Shown one piece after another: positions 39,857 to 50,212 of a stretch of DNA of 64,000 nt. The position numbers were made by a program, and so were the translations under genes. This stretch comes from an uncultured Spirochaetota bacterium (GTDB taxonomy: Bacteria > Spirochaetota > Brevinematia > Brevinematales > JAOACQ01), in assembly GCA_963783575.1 (NCBI GenBank), contig CAWAOD010000005.1:96001-160000 (forward strand), written 5' to 3'. The notes under the pieces are model-generated. The model searched no databases. It saw nothing but the letters and a program-made list of their open reading frames with translations, and was not told the origin of the DNA. How positions within the stretch are numbered: position 1 is the stretch's first letter; each line of letters begins with the position of its first letter.

Positions 39857-41194
39857 ATGTTTAGAAAGATACTTATAGCAAATAGAGGCGAAATTGCCGT
39901 AAGGGTGATCCGGGCAGCAAAGGAAATGGGTATTTCAACGGTAACTGTGCATTCGGAGGCCGATGAATATTGTCTTCATACTAAATTATCCGACCAGGAT
40001 GTTTGTATTGGGCCGGCACCATCAAAAGACAGCTATTTAAATATTCTATCAATTTTGAGTGCCGCGGAGATTACAGGGGTTGACGCCATTCATCCCGGAT
40101 ATGGTTTTCTCGCGGAAAATTCCAAATTTTCCAATATCTGTCATGACCATAAAATCACATTTATCGGGCCTTCCGCGGAAGTTATCGATCTTTTAGGCAA
40201 CAAAGCGGCGGCAAGAAAAACTATGCTGGATGTCGGGGTTCCGATAACGCCAGGAACCGGTATCATTCATAACCCGGAGGAAGCCATCGCTTTTTCAAAG
40301 GAAGCAGGTTATCCGGTTATTGTCAAAGCGACGGCAGGCGGCGGCGGGAAGGGAATGAGAGTCGCGTGGTCAGATGAGGAACTTGTGAATATAATACCGA
40401 TAGCCCAGGGCGAAGCAAAATCAGCTTTCGGGAATCCTGATGTTTATGTTGAAAAATACCTGCAAAATCCAAGGCATATCGAAATACAATTTATTGCCGA
40501 CCGTTATGGAAATGCCGTTCACCTCGGCGAAAGGGACTGCTCAATACAGAGAAGGCATCAGAAACTGCTTGAAGAATCCCCGAGTCCCAGGCTTACATCG
40601 GCAATCCGTGAAGAAATGGGGGAGGCGGTAAAAAAGGGCGTTACAAAAGTAGGGTATGTCGGTGTCGGTACTATGGAATTTCTTTTTGATGAAAATGGTA
40701 AATTCTATTTTATGGAAGTAAATACAAGGATACAGGTTGAACATCCCGTGACTGAGCTTGTTACCGGTATTGATATAGTGAAAGAGCAGATAAATGTAGC
40801 TATGGGAGAAAAATTATCATTCACGCAAAAAGACATAAAATTTACGGGGCATGCTATTGAATGCAGAATAAACGCCGAAGACCCGTATATGAATTTTATG
40901 CCGACCCCGGGTAGAATTGAGGATTTTCATCTTCCCGGAGGGCCTGGGATTCGTATTGACACCCATGGCTACAGTGGTTATGAGATCCCAAAATTTTACG
41001 ATTCACTTGTGGCAAAAATGCTTGCTTGGGGGCGTACCAGGGATGAAGCAATAGCGAGGATGAAAAGGGCTTTGGGAGAATTTAAAGCGACAGGAATCAA
41101 AACAACTGTTCCGTTTCATGAAAAGGTTCTCGAAAGTGAGGCTTTTAAAAAAGGGAATTATTCCACAAAGTTTCTGGAAGATTTTAAATTTTAG
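39857..41194 (+). CDS. accC: Acetyl-CoA carboxylase biotin carboxylase
   Basis: ILIANRGEIA, HPGYGFLAEN, GGGGKGM, ERDCSIQRRHQK, EVNTRIQVEH. Confidence 0.96.
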   Translation: MFRKILIANRGEIAVRVIRAAKEMGISTVTVHSEADEYCLHTKLSDQDVCIGPAPSKDSYLNILSILSAAEITGVDAIHPGYGFLAENSKFSNICHDHKITFIGPSAEVIDLLGNKAAARKTMLDVGVPITPGTGIIHNPEEAIAFSKEAGYPVIVKATAGGGGKGMRVAWSDEELVNIIPIAQGEAKSAFGNPDVYVEKYLQNPRHIEIQFIADRYGNAVHLGERDCSIQRRHQKLLEESPSPRLTSAIREEMGEAVKKGVTKVGYVGVGTMEFLFDENGKFYFMEVNTRIQVEHPVTELVTGIDIVKEQINVAMGEKLSFTQKDIKFTGHAIECRINAEDPYMNFMPTPGRIEDFHLPGGPGIRIDTHGYSGYEIPKFYDSLVAKMLAWGRTRDEAIARMKRALGEFKATGIKTTVPFHEKVLESEAFKKGNYSTKFLEDFKF

Positions 41195-41202
41195 GTAACC
41201 GG

Positions 41203-41538
41203 ATGAATAAATTCATAATTAGGAAAAAAAGCATTATTGAACTTGTTGAGCATATTATAGAAAGAAATAAGGATATCCGTTTGTTCAGAATGTATTATTT
41301 TCGAAATATAAGAAATTTTCCAATACGGTTTTCTTATTTGACTACGAATTCGATTTCACTGAAAATCGATATCGATGCGCGGTTTGGAGTCGATATTTTG
41401 AAATCAATGGATAAGGTCTCAGGTGAAATTAAAAGTAATCTTATAAAATATGCTTCGATCACCGCACAATCTATAGAATTAACTGTCAAGGGTATTTTTG
41501 ATGAGGAAAAGAACAAAGAAACTGCTCAGGGTAATTAA
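41203..41538 (+). CDS. Asp23/Gls24-like envelope stress protein
   Basis: Position after accC; IDIDARFGVDI...IELTVKGI pattern. Confidence 0.55.
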   Translation: MNKFIIRKKSIIELVEHIIERNKDIRLFRMYYFRNIRNFPIRFSYLTTNSISLKIDIDARFGVDILKSMDKVSGEIKSNLIKYASITAQSIELTVKGIFDEEKNKETAQGN

Positions 41539-42088
41539 ACAGGCATTAAATTATACATTTCTTTGCGCTTCAGTAATAATCGGTATATTTTTGTACAGGG
41601 TATTTCTGGGATATGTGCCGGGAGTAAATATCGCCGATCTTTTTATATTAAAAACCGGAATTCAGGCATTTCCATTCTTCGGAATTTGCGCAGGAATCTG
41701 TATAAGCTTTCCCTTTATCATCATTGCTTTTGAAATCTATTACCGGTTTTCAACATCTTACATATCTTTCATTACTGAAAACGGTTTTGTTCATTTAAGC
41801 GATACAGCGATTGCCGGATTTATCAAAGATGTGGTTGCGGGTTTAGCCGGTGTTGAAACTGTCGAAGCAACTATAGAAATCTTTAAGGAAAACCGTCTTG
41901 GCATACATATATGGCTAGATACCGATGAAAAGAGCGATTTTGTGAGATTCTCCGAAAGGGTTCAGCAGAGGGTATTACAGGATCTTGATTTTAATTTCGG
42001 TATAAAAAAAATTAAGTATTTTCATGTTTATATTGAATCAACCAATATCAATACAGGCACAGCCGGCTATAAAGTGGATTATCATTAA
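41501..42088 (+). CDS. AmaP-like membrane anchor protein
   Basis: Two TMs, then TENGFVHLSDTAI; adjacent to Asp23-like gene. Confidence 0.55.
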   Translation: MRKRTKKLLRVIKQALNYTFLCASVIIGIFLYRVFLGYVPGVNIADLFILKTGIQAFPFFGICAGICISFPFIIIAFEIYYRFSTSYISFITENGFVHLSDTAIAGFIKDVVAGLAGVETVEATIEIFKENRLGIHIWLDTDEKSDFVRFSERVQQRVLQDLDFNFGIKKIKYFHVYIESTNINTGTAGYKVDYH

Positions 42089-43276
42089 ATGAATGAAGCA
42101 ATTATCAGGGAAGGCAGAGAAAAATCCATTCTCCTTCATCATCCATGGGTTTTTAAAAATTCCATCCAAAAAATTACAGGCCGTCCGGAAAAGGGCGAGA
42201 TTATCAATTTAACCGATTCAAAGGGCAGTTTTCTTGCCAGGGGTTATTATAATGAGGATTCACAAATTTCAATAAGGCTTCTGGAATGGGATGAAAAAGT
42301 AACGGTGGATGACGGCTGGTGGAAGACTAAACTTGGTCAATCTATTGAAAGGCGTAATCAGTATTTATCCGGGAATAAAAACGATGCCTGCCGTCTTGTT
42401 TATGCCGAATCCGACCTTATCCCCGGCCTGATTGTAGATAAGTACGGGGATTTTATTGTTCTGCAGGTTCTGACTGCCGGGATTGATAAAGTTAAGGATA
42501 TAATTGTCGATAACCTGCGGGAGCTGCTTCATCCGAAAGGGATTTATGAAAGAAGCGACGCTGATGTGAGAAAATTGGAAGGGCTTGATGAAAATTCCGG
42601 CTTACTGGATGGAAAAGAACCGCCGAATGATTTGATAATTTCCGAAAATAACACTTTGTTTTCAGTAAATTTAAAAAAAGGTCAGAAAACCGGATTTTTT
42701 CTTGATCAAAAAAATAATAGACAGACTGTGTCACAATTTTTAAGAAACAAAACTGTACTTGACTGCTTCTGTTATACAGGCGGATTTACAATTCCCGCAC
42801 TTAAACAGGGGGCATTTCATGTCACATCGGTAGATTCATCGGAAGCCGCCCTGAAAATACTTGAGAGAAATCTATCCATAAATCAAATTTCCGATAAATC
42901 CAGTGAAATAATTGAAGGTGATGCTTACCGCGTGTTAAGGAATTTTCGTGACACTTTAAAAAAATTTGACGCCGTCATTCTTGATCCGCCCAAGCTTGCC
43001 CCTACTCGCCAATCTCTTGACCGGGCAATGCGTGCTTATAAGGATATCAATCTGCTTGCTATGAAAATCCTTAAGCCCGAAGGCTTGCTGGCCACTTTTT
43101 CCTGTTCGGGCGGAGTAAAAATTGAAGACTTCAAAAAAATAATAGGTTGGGCTTCTGCTGATGCCGGTAGGGAAGTACATATAATAAAGATTTTGTCACA
43201 GAATGAAGACCATCCGATAAGGGTAAGCTATCCCGAATCCGAATATTTGAAAGGTTTGATCTGCAGGATTCTATAA
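42089..43276 (+). CDS. rlmI: 23S rRNA m5C1962-type SAM-dependent methyltransferase (RlmI family)
   Basis: HPWVF PUA domain, GQKTGFFLDQ, ILDPPK, FSCSG, YLKG. Confidence 0.85.
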   Translation: MNEAIIREGREKSILLHHPWVFKNSIQKITGRPEKGEIINLTDSKGSFLARGYYNEDSQISIRLLEWDEKVTVDDGWWKTKLGQSIERRNQYLSGNKNDACRLVYAESDLIPGLIVDKYGDFIVLQVLTAGIDKVKDIIVDNLRELLHPKGIYERSDADVRKLEGLDENSGLLDGKEPPNDLIISENNTLFSVNLKKGQKTGFFLDQKNNRQTVSQFLRNKTVLDCFCYTGGFTIPALKQGAFHVTSVDSSEAALKILERNLSINQISDKSSEIIEGDAYRVLRNFRDTLKKFDAVILDPPKLAPTRQSLDRAMRAYKDINLLAMKILKPEGLLATFSCSGGVKIEDFKKIIGWASADAGREVHIIKILSQNEDHPIRVSYPESEYLKGLICRIL

Positions 43277-43473
43277 ATCCCGAAAAGAATAATTTTTTAA
43301 CTAACTGACATATCGATCAATTTAATTTGAATAAAATAGTTGTTTTTATTATAATAATAATATTATTATAAATTATTTGTCTAATTCTTATATTAGTTTT
43401 TTACAGTTAACAGATTGCTGTACATTACTAAATCCCTTTTTTTTATTGCATCGGGAAAACAAGGGGGGTATGA

Positions 43474-44403
43474 ATGGAATTACGGAATATTACTGAAAGT
43501 ATTCTGGTGGATCTGGTTGATTCGCTGGAAGATGTTAAGAATAAAATCATTAATAAAAATCAGAAACTTGAATTGATCGCTTATGTATTGAACAGGTTAA
43601 AACCGGTATATGTAACAAGCAGCAAGGGTTTTATGAATGTTCTGGTCAAATTTCAAAATGATCCCCAGTTTTATGCCGATATGATGGTACAGCTTAATGA
43701 TGGATTAATTGCTGTTAAAAACATGATATCCGATCAATTGATTCCTGATGATGATTTTCAATTGCTTAGAAATATTACCGAATATATTGTTGTCGATATG
43801 GTTAATGAATTGGGTGATATTCCGGAAAATCAAAAATTTGAATTATTCTCATATATCTTAAACAGGCTTAAACCTCTTTATATAACCAACGATAAAAAAT
43901 TTCCGGAAATTATAAAGAACTGGAAAAATAATGCTGATTTTGTGAATAATATTAAAAATAAAATCAATGAGGGATTTGTCGCAGTAAAAAAGATAGGGAT
44001 TACGGAGGAAAGGGAAGAAAGGCTTGACTTGAATGCCGCGTACTATGGTTTTCCTAAAATCTATGGAAAGATAATATCATCGATTTCTTTCATGTATCTT
44101 GAGACTGCGAAGGTTACTCTTCTAATCGATTCTCAAATTGCCCAGTCATTATATTCCGATATGGATAACCCGGTCGAGCTTATTCCTGATGACAGAGGTA
44201 TATATTCATTCGCTCCAAAACCGGCCAGGGCGGAAAAAGAAAGCGAAAAAAAACTTTTCATTCTTACAATTTTAATTCAAAAAGAAGGACGAGAATACAA
44301 AAAAATCCTGACCTATGAAACTGAATCCGTTTTGGGAGATGCTGTTTTATTTAATTATCAGGAGAACATCCTTTCGATTGAGGATATTTATGTCCCGTTC
44401 TAA
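43474..44403 (+). CDS. ComFB-family protein with two tandem ComFB-like domains
   Basis: Internal repeat LRNITE...AYVLNRLKPVYVT / LRNITE...SYILNRLKPLYIT. Confidence 0.7.
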   Translation: MELRNITESILVDLVDSLEDVKNKIINKNQKLELIAYVLNRLKPVYVTSSKGFMNVLVKFQNDPQFYADMMVQLNDGLIAVKNMISDQLIPDDDFQLLRNITEYIVVDMVNELGDIPENQKFELFSYILNRLKPLYITNDKKFPEIIKNWKNNADFVNNIKNKINEGFVAVKKIGITEEREERLDLNAAYYGFPKIYGKIISSISFMYLETAKVTLLIDSQIAQSLYSDMDNPVELIPDDRGIYSFAPKPARAEKESEKKLFILTILIQKEGREYKKILTYETESVLGDAVLFNYQENILSIEDIYVPF

Positions 44404-44405
44404 AC

Positions 44406-44978
44406 TCAGCTAAACATCTCCTTTTCCACAATTTCGCAGATAATATGGCCTATCATAATATGGGATTCTTGTATTCTGGGGGTATCTTTTGAGGGAACTT
44501 TGATTAGAAGGTCGCACAATCCGGCCATCTTTCCGCCGGTTTCGCCTGTAAGACCTATGGTTTTGACCCCGATTTTTCCCGACATCTCCAGAGCCGACAA
44601 TATATTTTCCGCGTTGCCGCTCGTTGATAAACCGACAAAAACATCTCCTTTTTTTGCGTTCGCTTCAAGCTGCCTCGCGAAAACCCTGTTAAAAGCGTAA
44701 TCATTACCGATAGATGTCAAAACCGATGTGTTAACAGTCAGAGCTTCCGCTGCAAGAGCTTCCCGCTCCAGATAAAACTTGCCGACAAGTTCTGCCGCAA
44801 GATGCTGAGCATCAGCAGCGCTGCCTCCGTTCCCTGCAAAAAATATCTTACCCTTATTTTCCCTGTATGACTCGATTATCATTTGAGCGGCTTTATTAAT
44901 ATTTTCAATAATTGAAGAACTTTCCAGAATTTTCTGCTTAATTGAAATGCTTTCCTCAATTTTTTGCTTGATATTCAT
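44406..44978 (-). CDS. gmhA: D-sedoheptulose-7-phosphate isomerase
   Basis: GNGGSAADAQH, GNDY, STSGN, PRIQESHIMIGH. Confidence 0.95.
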   Translation of the reverse strand: MNIKQKIEESISIKQKILESSSIIENINKAAQMIIESYRENKGKIFFAGNGGSAADAQHLAAELVGKFYLEREALAAEALTVNTSVLTSIGNDYAFNRVFARQLEANAKKGDVFVGLSTSGNAENILSALEMSGKIGVKTIGLTGETGGKMAGLCDLLIKVPSKDTPRIQESHIMIGHIICEIVEKEMFS

Positions 44979-46227
44979 ATTCACTCCTTTGTTTGATTTC
45001 CTGGATAATTGTATTGAATCCGTCATATGTTTTTAAATTATCATTTATAGGATATTTTCCCGCTATGATAAAGCATTTTAAATACGGCAGGCTTTCTATA
45101 TTGTCGCTTTCTTTATCGCCGATCATTAAGCTTCTGTATAAATCAATATTATGCTTATCCGCCGCTTCAAGTATCATACCTGGACCCGGTTTTCTGAGAA
45201 GGCTTTCTTTCTTAAATTTCTCAATAACCGCTTCCTTATGGTATGGACAATAAAAAGAATCCAGAATTCCGATATCATAGTCAAGAAGCTTTTTCTGCAT
45301 CTCTTCCTGAAAATTAATAAATTCCTTTTCTGTAAACCTGCCTTTACCTATGCCAGCCTGGTTGGTTACTATTATAAGCCTGTAATTCATTTTCTGCAGT
45401 TCTTTTAAAAAGGTTATTGCACCAGGGATAAAATTCAATTCTTCCGGCCTGTAGGTATAACCGGTGTCCTCGGTTATTGTTCCGTCCCTGTCCAGAAATG
45501 CGGCTTTAATTTTATCCTCATTTATCCAGCTTTCCAGAACTTTGTCAGCCCTGTAATAATCTTCCGGGACACCGATATCTATGAACCGTCCCCCAAATGG
45601 GATGCCGGAAATTATTTCCTCACTGTTTTTCATTATTCCGGGAAGAACTTCGTTTTCCAGCGAAAGAATACCTTGTTTATTAAAATAACTTATAGCTCGA
45701 TGAGATAGTACATAAATACCGCCGTTGATAAAACCGTCATCCAGATCGCTCCTTTTTTCAACAAATTCAATAACCCTGTTTCCGCTCAGTTTAACCGAAC
45801 CGTATCGCTTAACATCGCTTTTGTATTTCAAAGCCATCGAGATCAAACTGTTTGATAGATGATGATAATCCATAAGATATTTTATGCCGGCGTCAAAATA
45901 GGTATCGCCGTTGATAACGATGAAATCTTCATTCGGGCAGAATCTTTCAGCAGCCTTTTTGACTGCGCCTCCTGTACCAAGCGGATCGGTTTCCCTTGAA
46001 TATTTTATTTGAACCCCGAAGGATCTTCCATCCAAAAAGTAATTTTCGATTATATCACCTTTGTATCCGGTCAGCAAAATAATATCATTGAATCCCTGCT
46101 TCCCCAAATAATCTATCAAATATTTCAGAAAAGGCCTGCCCTGAATAGGAGCCATGGGTTTGGGAGCATCTTTTACAATATGGGAAAGGCGCGTGCCGAA
46201 GCCGCCGGCCAGAATAAATACTTTCAT
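44956..46227 (-). CDS. Fused heptose-1-phosphate guanylyltransferase (HddC-like) / heptose bisphosphate phosphatase (GmhB-like)
   Basis: LAGGFGTRL..PKPM, NGDT, FIDIGVPEDY; then FLDRDGT, VTNQAG, CPYH, RKPGPGM, IGDKESD. Confidence 0.9.
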   Translation of the reverse strand: MKVFILAGGFGTRLSHIVKDAPKPMAPIQGRPFLKYLIDYLGKQGFNDIILLTGYKGDIIENYFLDGRSFGVQIKYSRETDPLGTGGAVKKAAERFCPNEDFIVINGDTYFDAGIKYLMDYHHLSNSLISMALKYKSDVKRYGSVKLSGNRVIEFVEKRSDLDDGFINGGIYVLSHRAISYFNKQGILSLENEVLPGIMKNSEEIISGIPFGGRFIDIGVPEDYYRADKVLESWINEDKIKAAFLDRDGTITEDTGYTYRPEELNFIPGAITFLKELQKMNYRLIIVTNQAGIGKGRFTEKEFINFQEEMQKKLLDYDIGILDSFYCPYHKEAVIEKFKKESLLRKPGPGMILEAADKHNIDLYRSLMIGDKESDNIESLPYLKCFIIAGKYPINDNLKTYDGFNTIIQEIKQRSEYEYQAKN

Positions 46228-46309
46228 CTTAACTCCAGAACAAAAGATAATTCATTAATTTTTCTTTATATAATCCATAATCTGCCGGCAATATGAATCG
46301 AAATCTAAA

Positions 46310-46423
46310 ATCCCTCGACTCCGCTCGGGATGACGGCAACTTCAAATCGAAATTATTAATGATTCCACTAAAAATGCCTTAAAATTGGAAATAAATGTTA
46401 TTCTGATCGTAGTCGAGGAATCT
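46310..46423. repeat. Pair of inverted REP-like sequences
   Basis: ATCCCTCGACTCCGCTCGGGATGAC and the degenerate inverted copy GTTATTCTGATCGTAGTCGAGGAAT. Confidence 0.55.
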
Positions 46424-46552
46424 TTGAAGGTTCAATACAATTGAATCCTGTTTGGTAAAATTATGAAGATTTTCTTCAAGATTATTATATTCTTCCCTGA
46501 TTCTTCGAATACATCTCTTTATGGATTCAATTTTATTTAAAATAACGTCCAT
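46421..46552 (-). pseudogene. Truncated HEPN/DUF86 (HepT-like) toxin
   Basis: MDVILNKIESIKRCIRRIREEY...KQDSIVLNLQR, then homology ends at the REP-like sequence; start overlaps the MNT gene end. Confidence 0.75.
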
Positions 46553-46934
46553 ATCCGTCTCCTAATTTTTCCTTTAAAACCGGTGATCTTTCTTCATTTA
46601 ATTTTTCATATTCGCTTAAGGTATTCATTTCAATAAATAGCCTCTCTGAGTCATCACTGCAATAAATCAATTTATTTTTCTTTAAAACCTGAATCTTCAG
46701 GATAGTTGTTACCGTTTTAAAATCTATCAAATGAACATCACGATTAATTAATGCTGATAATTCATTCGCCAATTCGAACAATAAAAGCGAATCCGGCTTG
46801 TCTTTAGTAATAAAAGCTATATCAATATCGCTATCCCGGTTAAAATTACCGTTAACAAAGGAACCAAAAAGATAAACAGCTATCAAGCCCATTTTTTTTG
46901 ATAAAATTTGTATTATTATATTATCAATATTCAT
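46533..46934 (-). CDS. Minimal nucleotidyltransferase (MntA-like antitoxin)
   Basis: YLFGSFVNGNFNRDSDIDIA, DVHLID. Confidence 0.88.
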   Translation of the reverse strand: MNIDNIIIQILSKKMGLIAVYLFGSFVNGNFNRDSDIDIAFITKDKPDSLLLFELANELSALINRDVHLIDFKTVTTILKIQVLKKNKLIYCSDDSERLFIEMNTLSEYEKLNEERSPVLKEKLGDGYGRYFK

Positions 46935-47020
46935 TATTTATTTCCATGCATAAAATTAAAGACATATTTTAAAATAATTACTATAAAACCGCTATTATTT
47001 GGCAGATACTTTTCAATAAT

Positions 47021-47049
47021 TTGACACCCAAATTAACATTTGTTATAAT
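47021..47049 (+). promoter_or_regulatory. Sigma70 promoter of the tRNA-Lys/tRNA-Asn operon
   Basis: TTGACA-17 bp-TATAAT with extended -10 TG. Confidence 0.75.
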
Positions 47050-47078
47050 ACTAACCCTGATGAATAGAAGAATTTACC

Positions 47079-47151
47079 GGGCCGCTAGCTCAGTCGGTAG
47101 AGCATCACACTTTTAATGTGAGGGCCCTGGGTTCGATCCCCAGGCGGCTCA
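47079..47151 (+). tRNA. tRNA-Lys(TTT)
   Basis: Cloverleaf; anticodon arm TCACA-CTTTTAA-TGTGA. Confidence 0.95.
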
Positions 47152-47171
47152 ATTACCGTTTTTATGAATAT

Positions 47172-47244
47172 TCCCCTGTAGCTCAGTTGGCAGAGCAGGT
47201 GACTGTTAATCACCGGGCCGTAGGTTCGAGCCCTACCGGGGGAG
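47172..47244 (+). tRNA. tRNA-Asn(GTT)
   Basis: Cloverleaf; anticodon arm GGTGA-CTGTTAA-TCACC. Confidence 0.95.
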
Positions 47245-47251
47245 AATTTGT

Positions 47252-47284
47252 AAAAGGGACTGTATAAAAAACAGTCCCTTTTTG
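47252..47284 (+). terminator. Rho-independent terminator
   Basis: AAAAGGGACTGT...ACAGTCCCTTTTT. Confidence 0.8.
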
Positions 47285-47342
47285 TTCTTTGAAAGAAAGA
47301 ATTTACTGATTAACCGTTAGGTAAATAGCATTATTCAGTCAT

Positions 47343-47699
47343 TTACAAATCTCTGATTCTGATTTTAGATGGGGTAATAACAACAAACTTGTTATAGAGG
47401 GATTGATTGTATTGAGATATAACCTTAATTAAATTTTTTAAAATCTGTTGCAAGTCTTCATTTACATAACGGATGAAAATGACCCCAACGTTTTTATACT
47501 GGTGAGAAAACACCAGTTCTCCAAAATCGCTGTCTTCTGTTAGCAGTATAGCGTTATTCTTTCGTGCTAATTCGATTACCTTCTCATCAGAGATTCCCGG
47601 TTGTGATTCCATAACGGATAAAACGCTTACTTGGAATTCTCTTAATTGTCTGATAATACGGAAATCAACATTTTCGTCTGCTAGAAAATTAAGAGGCAA
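47343..47699 (-). CDS. DUF5615 family PIN-like toxin
   Basis: FLADENV, DEKVI, LLTEDSDFGEL. Confidence 0.85.
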   Translation of the reverse strand: MPLNFLADENVDFRIIRQLREFQVSVLSVMESQPGISDEKVIELARKNNAILLTEDSDFGELVFSHQYKNVGVIFIRYVNEDLQQILKNLIKVISQYNQSLYNKFVVITPSKIRIRDL

Positions 47700-47913
47700 G
47701 CATTTCCTCCTTACCGATCACATCAGCGGAATAGGAAAGAACAGCATAGATATCTTCAGCCTTGATATTCGGATAAGCTTCCAGCAATTCTTCAATTGAC
47801 ATTCCTTCCGATAGTTTTCTGAGTAACAGCTCAACCGTGATACGTGTTCCTTTTACAATCGGTTTTCCCATCATAATTTCCGGGTTTATTTCCAGCCGTT
47901 CTCTGTAATTCAT
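47689..47913 (-). CDS. DUF433 family antitoxin
   Basis: INPEIMMGKPIVKGTRITVE...LLEAYP. Confidence 0.9.
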   Translation of the reverse strand: MNYRERLEINPEIMMGKPIVKGTRITVELLLRKLSEGMSIEELLEAYPNIKAEDIYAVLSYSADVIGKEEMLAS

Positions 47914-48065
47914 ATTATTACCTCTTTTATACTCATTAAAATATGTTCTTGCCTCATTATTATATTATTTTTTATGGGAAAAAAGCAAAAATTGGGGTTC
48001 TAAAGAATAATTCTATATGCTTTTTGGAAGTAGAAGAAAAATCCACAATTTGAACGCTTTAATGG

Positions 48066-48206
48066 GATGACGAATACAGCGGCGCATCATTTAGCGGCAT
48101 CGATTGAGGGAGGAGGTTGATTTTAGTATGTCCTTTAGCTATCCGTTTCATTTCAAGTCTTACTCCATCCCACAAAAGCACGCTTTGAGACACCAACCGG
48201 GGGAGA
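48066..48206 (+). repeat. att-like repeat, copy 1, ending in the tRNA-Asn 3' core
   Basis: ~140-bp homologue of 51505-51645; ends ACCGGGGGAGA, identical to 47235-47245. Confidence 0.8.
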
Positions 48207-48574
48207 TTTTGTAATGGCGCATGGCTGGAAAAGCTGTGCGCTTTTTTTTATTGTGAGCTCTCGTAGAGCTGTTTTAACGGCTTATAGGCGGTTTGAAAGT
48301 CCAGAATTTTTCATCCTTTACGCTAACAAAATGAATCGTAAGTCACTATAATCGCCAAAAGGTATTGCCTATCCGAAGGATATTCAAAGTGTTAATCATT
48401 GAAAACCTTTTTTCTTTTTCCCATAGCTAAATTATAATTTTTCCAATCGATAAATTGACCACAGTAAAAACAGGTAATATAATATCTAAAACTTATTATA
48501 AAGAAAATATATATTGCTTTGTTATATGCAAAAATTTAACGGGTTATATATTTCTGAATAAATGGAGTATTAGT

Positions 48575-50212
48575 ATGCATAGAATCTTTATTTTTTCAGG
48601 TGTTATTTTGATTAATTTTATAATTTGCGCCGGATTATTATTTCCTATGGATTCTGGTAACTCATCAATAAAAATGTATAATGATGCCAATAACGCCTAC
48701 TCTTTTTTCTATCCATCCGTTTGGGACTTTAAAGAAGATAAAGATGGACAAAGTTTGGCTTTTAAAAACGAAACTGGGGATAATGCAAGTATCCAGATTT
48801 CTATATTTAATGGAGAAAGTTATTCGTCTTCCTCCGGTAAATGGGGTGTCTTTACCTATCAATATAACAGTAAAAATAAAATATGGAAAATAACTTCCCC
48901 CTCAGATAGTGGGAAAGGTTCTAATGTTCAGGAAATCCAAACTATGCTGACAAAAGGCGGCCTGCCTTACACGGTGGAGGACCGGCAGAATATACATACT
49001 TTTATTTTTGCTCTTCGCCCGGGAATTTACGTGATCGCAGTAACGTTGAACTTTTATCCTGAAACCCAAAGAATAATTTTTATCGATGGTATAATACTTT
49101 CTTCCCTGGCTTCCGACAGGCTGAAAGAAATCATGAGGGAGCTTTCAGACGGTCTTGGCGGTATTTATCAACAAAACATTAATTCAAGAACCAAAGAAGA
49201 AGTGGAAGCATCAAAGAAGAAAAACGTTGTGGATTATTTCCTGCTTTGCACGGATATTATTCCATATTCCAATTTCAATACACCGGTTGAACTACCGTAT
49301 GCGGTACGATCCACATATCCCTATTGGACAAACTTGAATTATAATGAGTTGAAGGAGTCGATTGACAAAGGTTTTAATTTTAGGAAGAGCTTGCTTTCCA
49401 TGTATTTAGATACGGCATCCCCTTCAGGACTTATAATGGATAAAAGAGAAATAGATATTCAGAATGGATATATTTCTATGAAGGGACATAATAAAAACAG
49501 CGATTTTTTAATTAAATTCGTTTATTTTATTAAATCAGACGGAACATGCATTCCCGCATTTTATTATACACACAATGCGCTTGAGGAGCATATCTCGTGT
49601 TATACTTTTTATGAGGGAAAAAGGATCATGAAAAACGAGGAAATTATTTCCGGTTCTCCCTTTGATTTTTATAAAAAGAAGTTCAAGGAACTGGAGAAAT
49701 ACAGTGAAACCAACGTATATTGGTCAATTGAGCTGCCGAGATATGGAACGACAGCCAGCTTATTCATGGGACTTGAGACCGCTGAAATGGCCATAGAAAT
49801 AGCAGAAATTAATAATAATTTGGACATTAAACTTGGGAAATTGCCGCTTGACTTGGTTTGGGATCAGTCAAAGGGAAGGTTTGACCCAAGATATAGTAAA
49901 AACTGGAATGATCCCTCAAATTTTGTATTACTGCCAGGTGATTTCTGGGCTGCAGTGTTTGAAGACGACATGAATTATATTGATTCATATGTGAAAAAAG
50001 GCGGTAATATCAATATCAAGCATTCTATATATGGTTTTACGCCATTGACATGGGCAGCTTCATATGGCCATGAAGAATTGGTGAAATTTCTGATAAAATC
50101 GGGAGCCGGCCCTCAAATCAAGGACGGTGATGGCAAGACTGCTCTTGATAAAGCAAAAACGAATCATCATGATGATATTGTCAAAATACTGGAAGATGCC
50201 GAGGCAAGGTAA
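48575..50212 (+). CDS. Exported protein with C-terminal ankyrin repeats
   Basis: Signal-like N-terminus; GFTPLTWAASYGHEELVKFLIKSGA...GKTALDKA. Confidence 0.8.
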   Translation: MHRIFIFSGVILINFIICAGLLFPMDSGNSSIKMYNDANNAYSFFYPSVWDFKEDKDGQSLAFKNETGDNASIQISIFNGESYSSSSGKWGVFTYQYNSKNKIWKITSPSDSGKGSNVQEIQTMLTKGGLPYTVEDRQNIHTFIFALRPGIYVIAVTLNFYPETQRIIFIDGIILSSLASDRLKEIMRELSDGLGGIYQQNINSRTKEEVEASKKKNVVDYFLLCTDIIPYSNFNTPVELPYAVRSTYPYWTNLNYNELKESIDKGFNFRKSLLSMYLDTASPSGLIMDKREIDIQNGYISMKGHNKNSDFLIKFVYFIKSDGTCIPAFYYTHNALEEHISCYTFYEGKRIMKNEEIISGSPFDFYKKKFKELEKYSETNVYWSIELPRYGTTASLFMGLETAEMAIEIAEINNNLDIKLGKLPLDLVWDQSKGRFDPRYSKNWNDPSNFVLLPGDFWAAVFEDDMNYIDSYVKKGGNINIKHSIYGFTPLTWAASYGHEELVKFLIKSGAGPQIKDGDGKTALDKAKTNHHDDIVKILEDAEAR

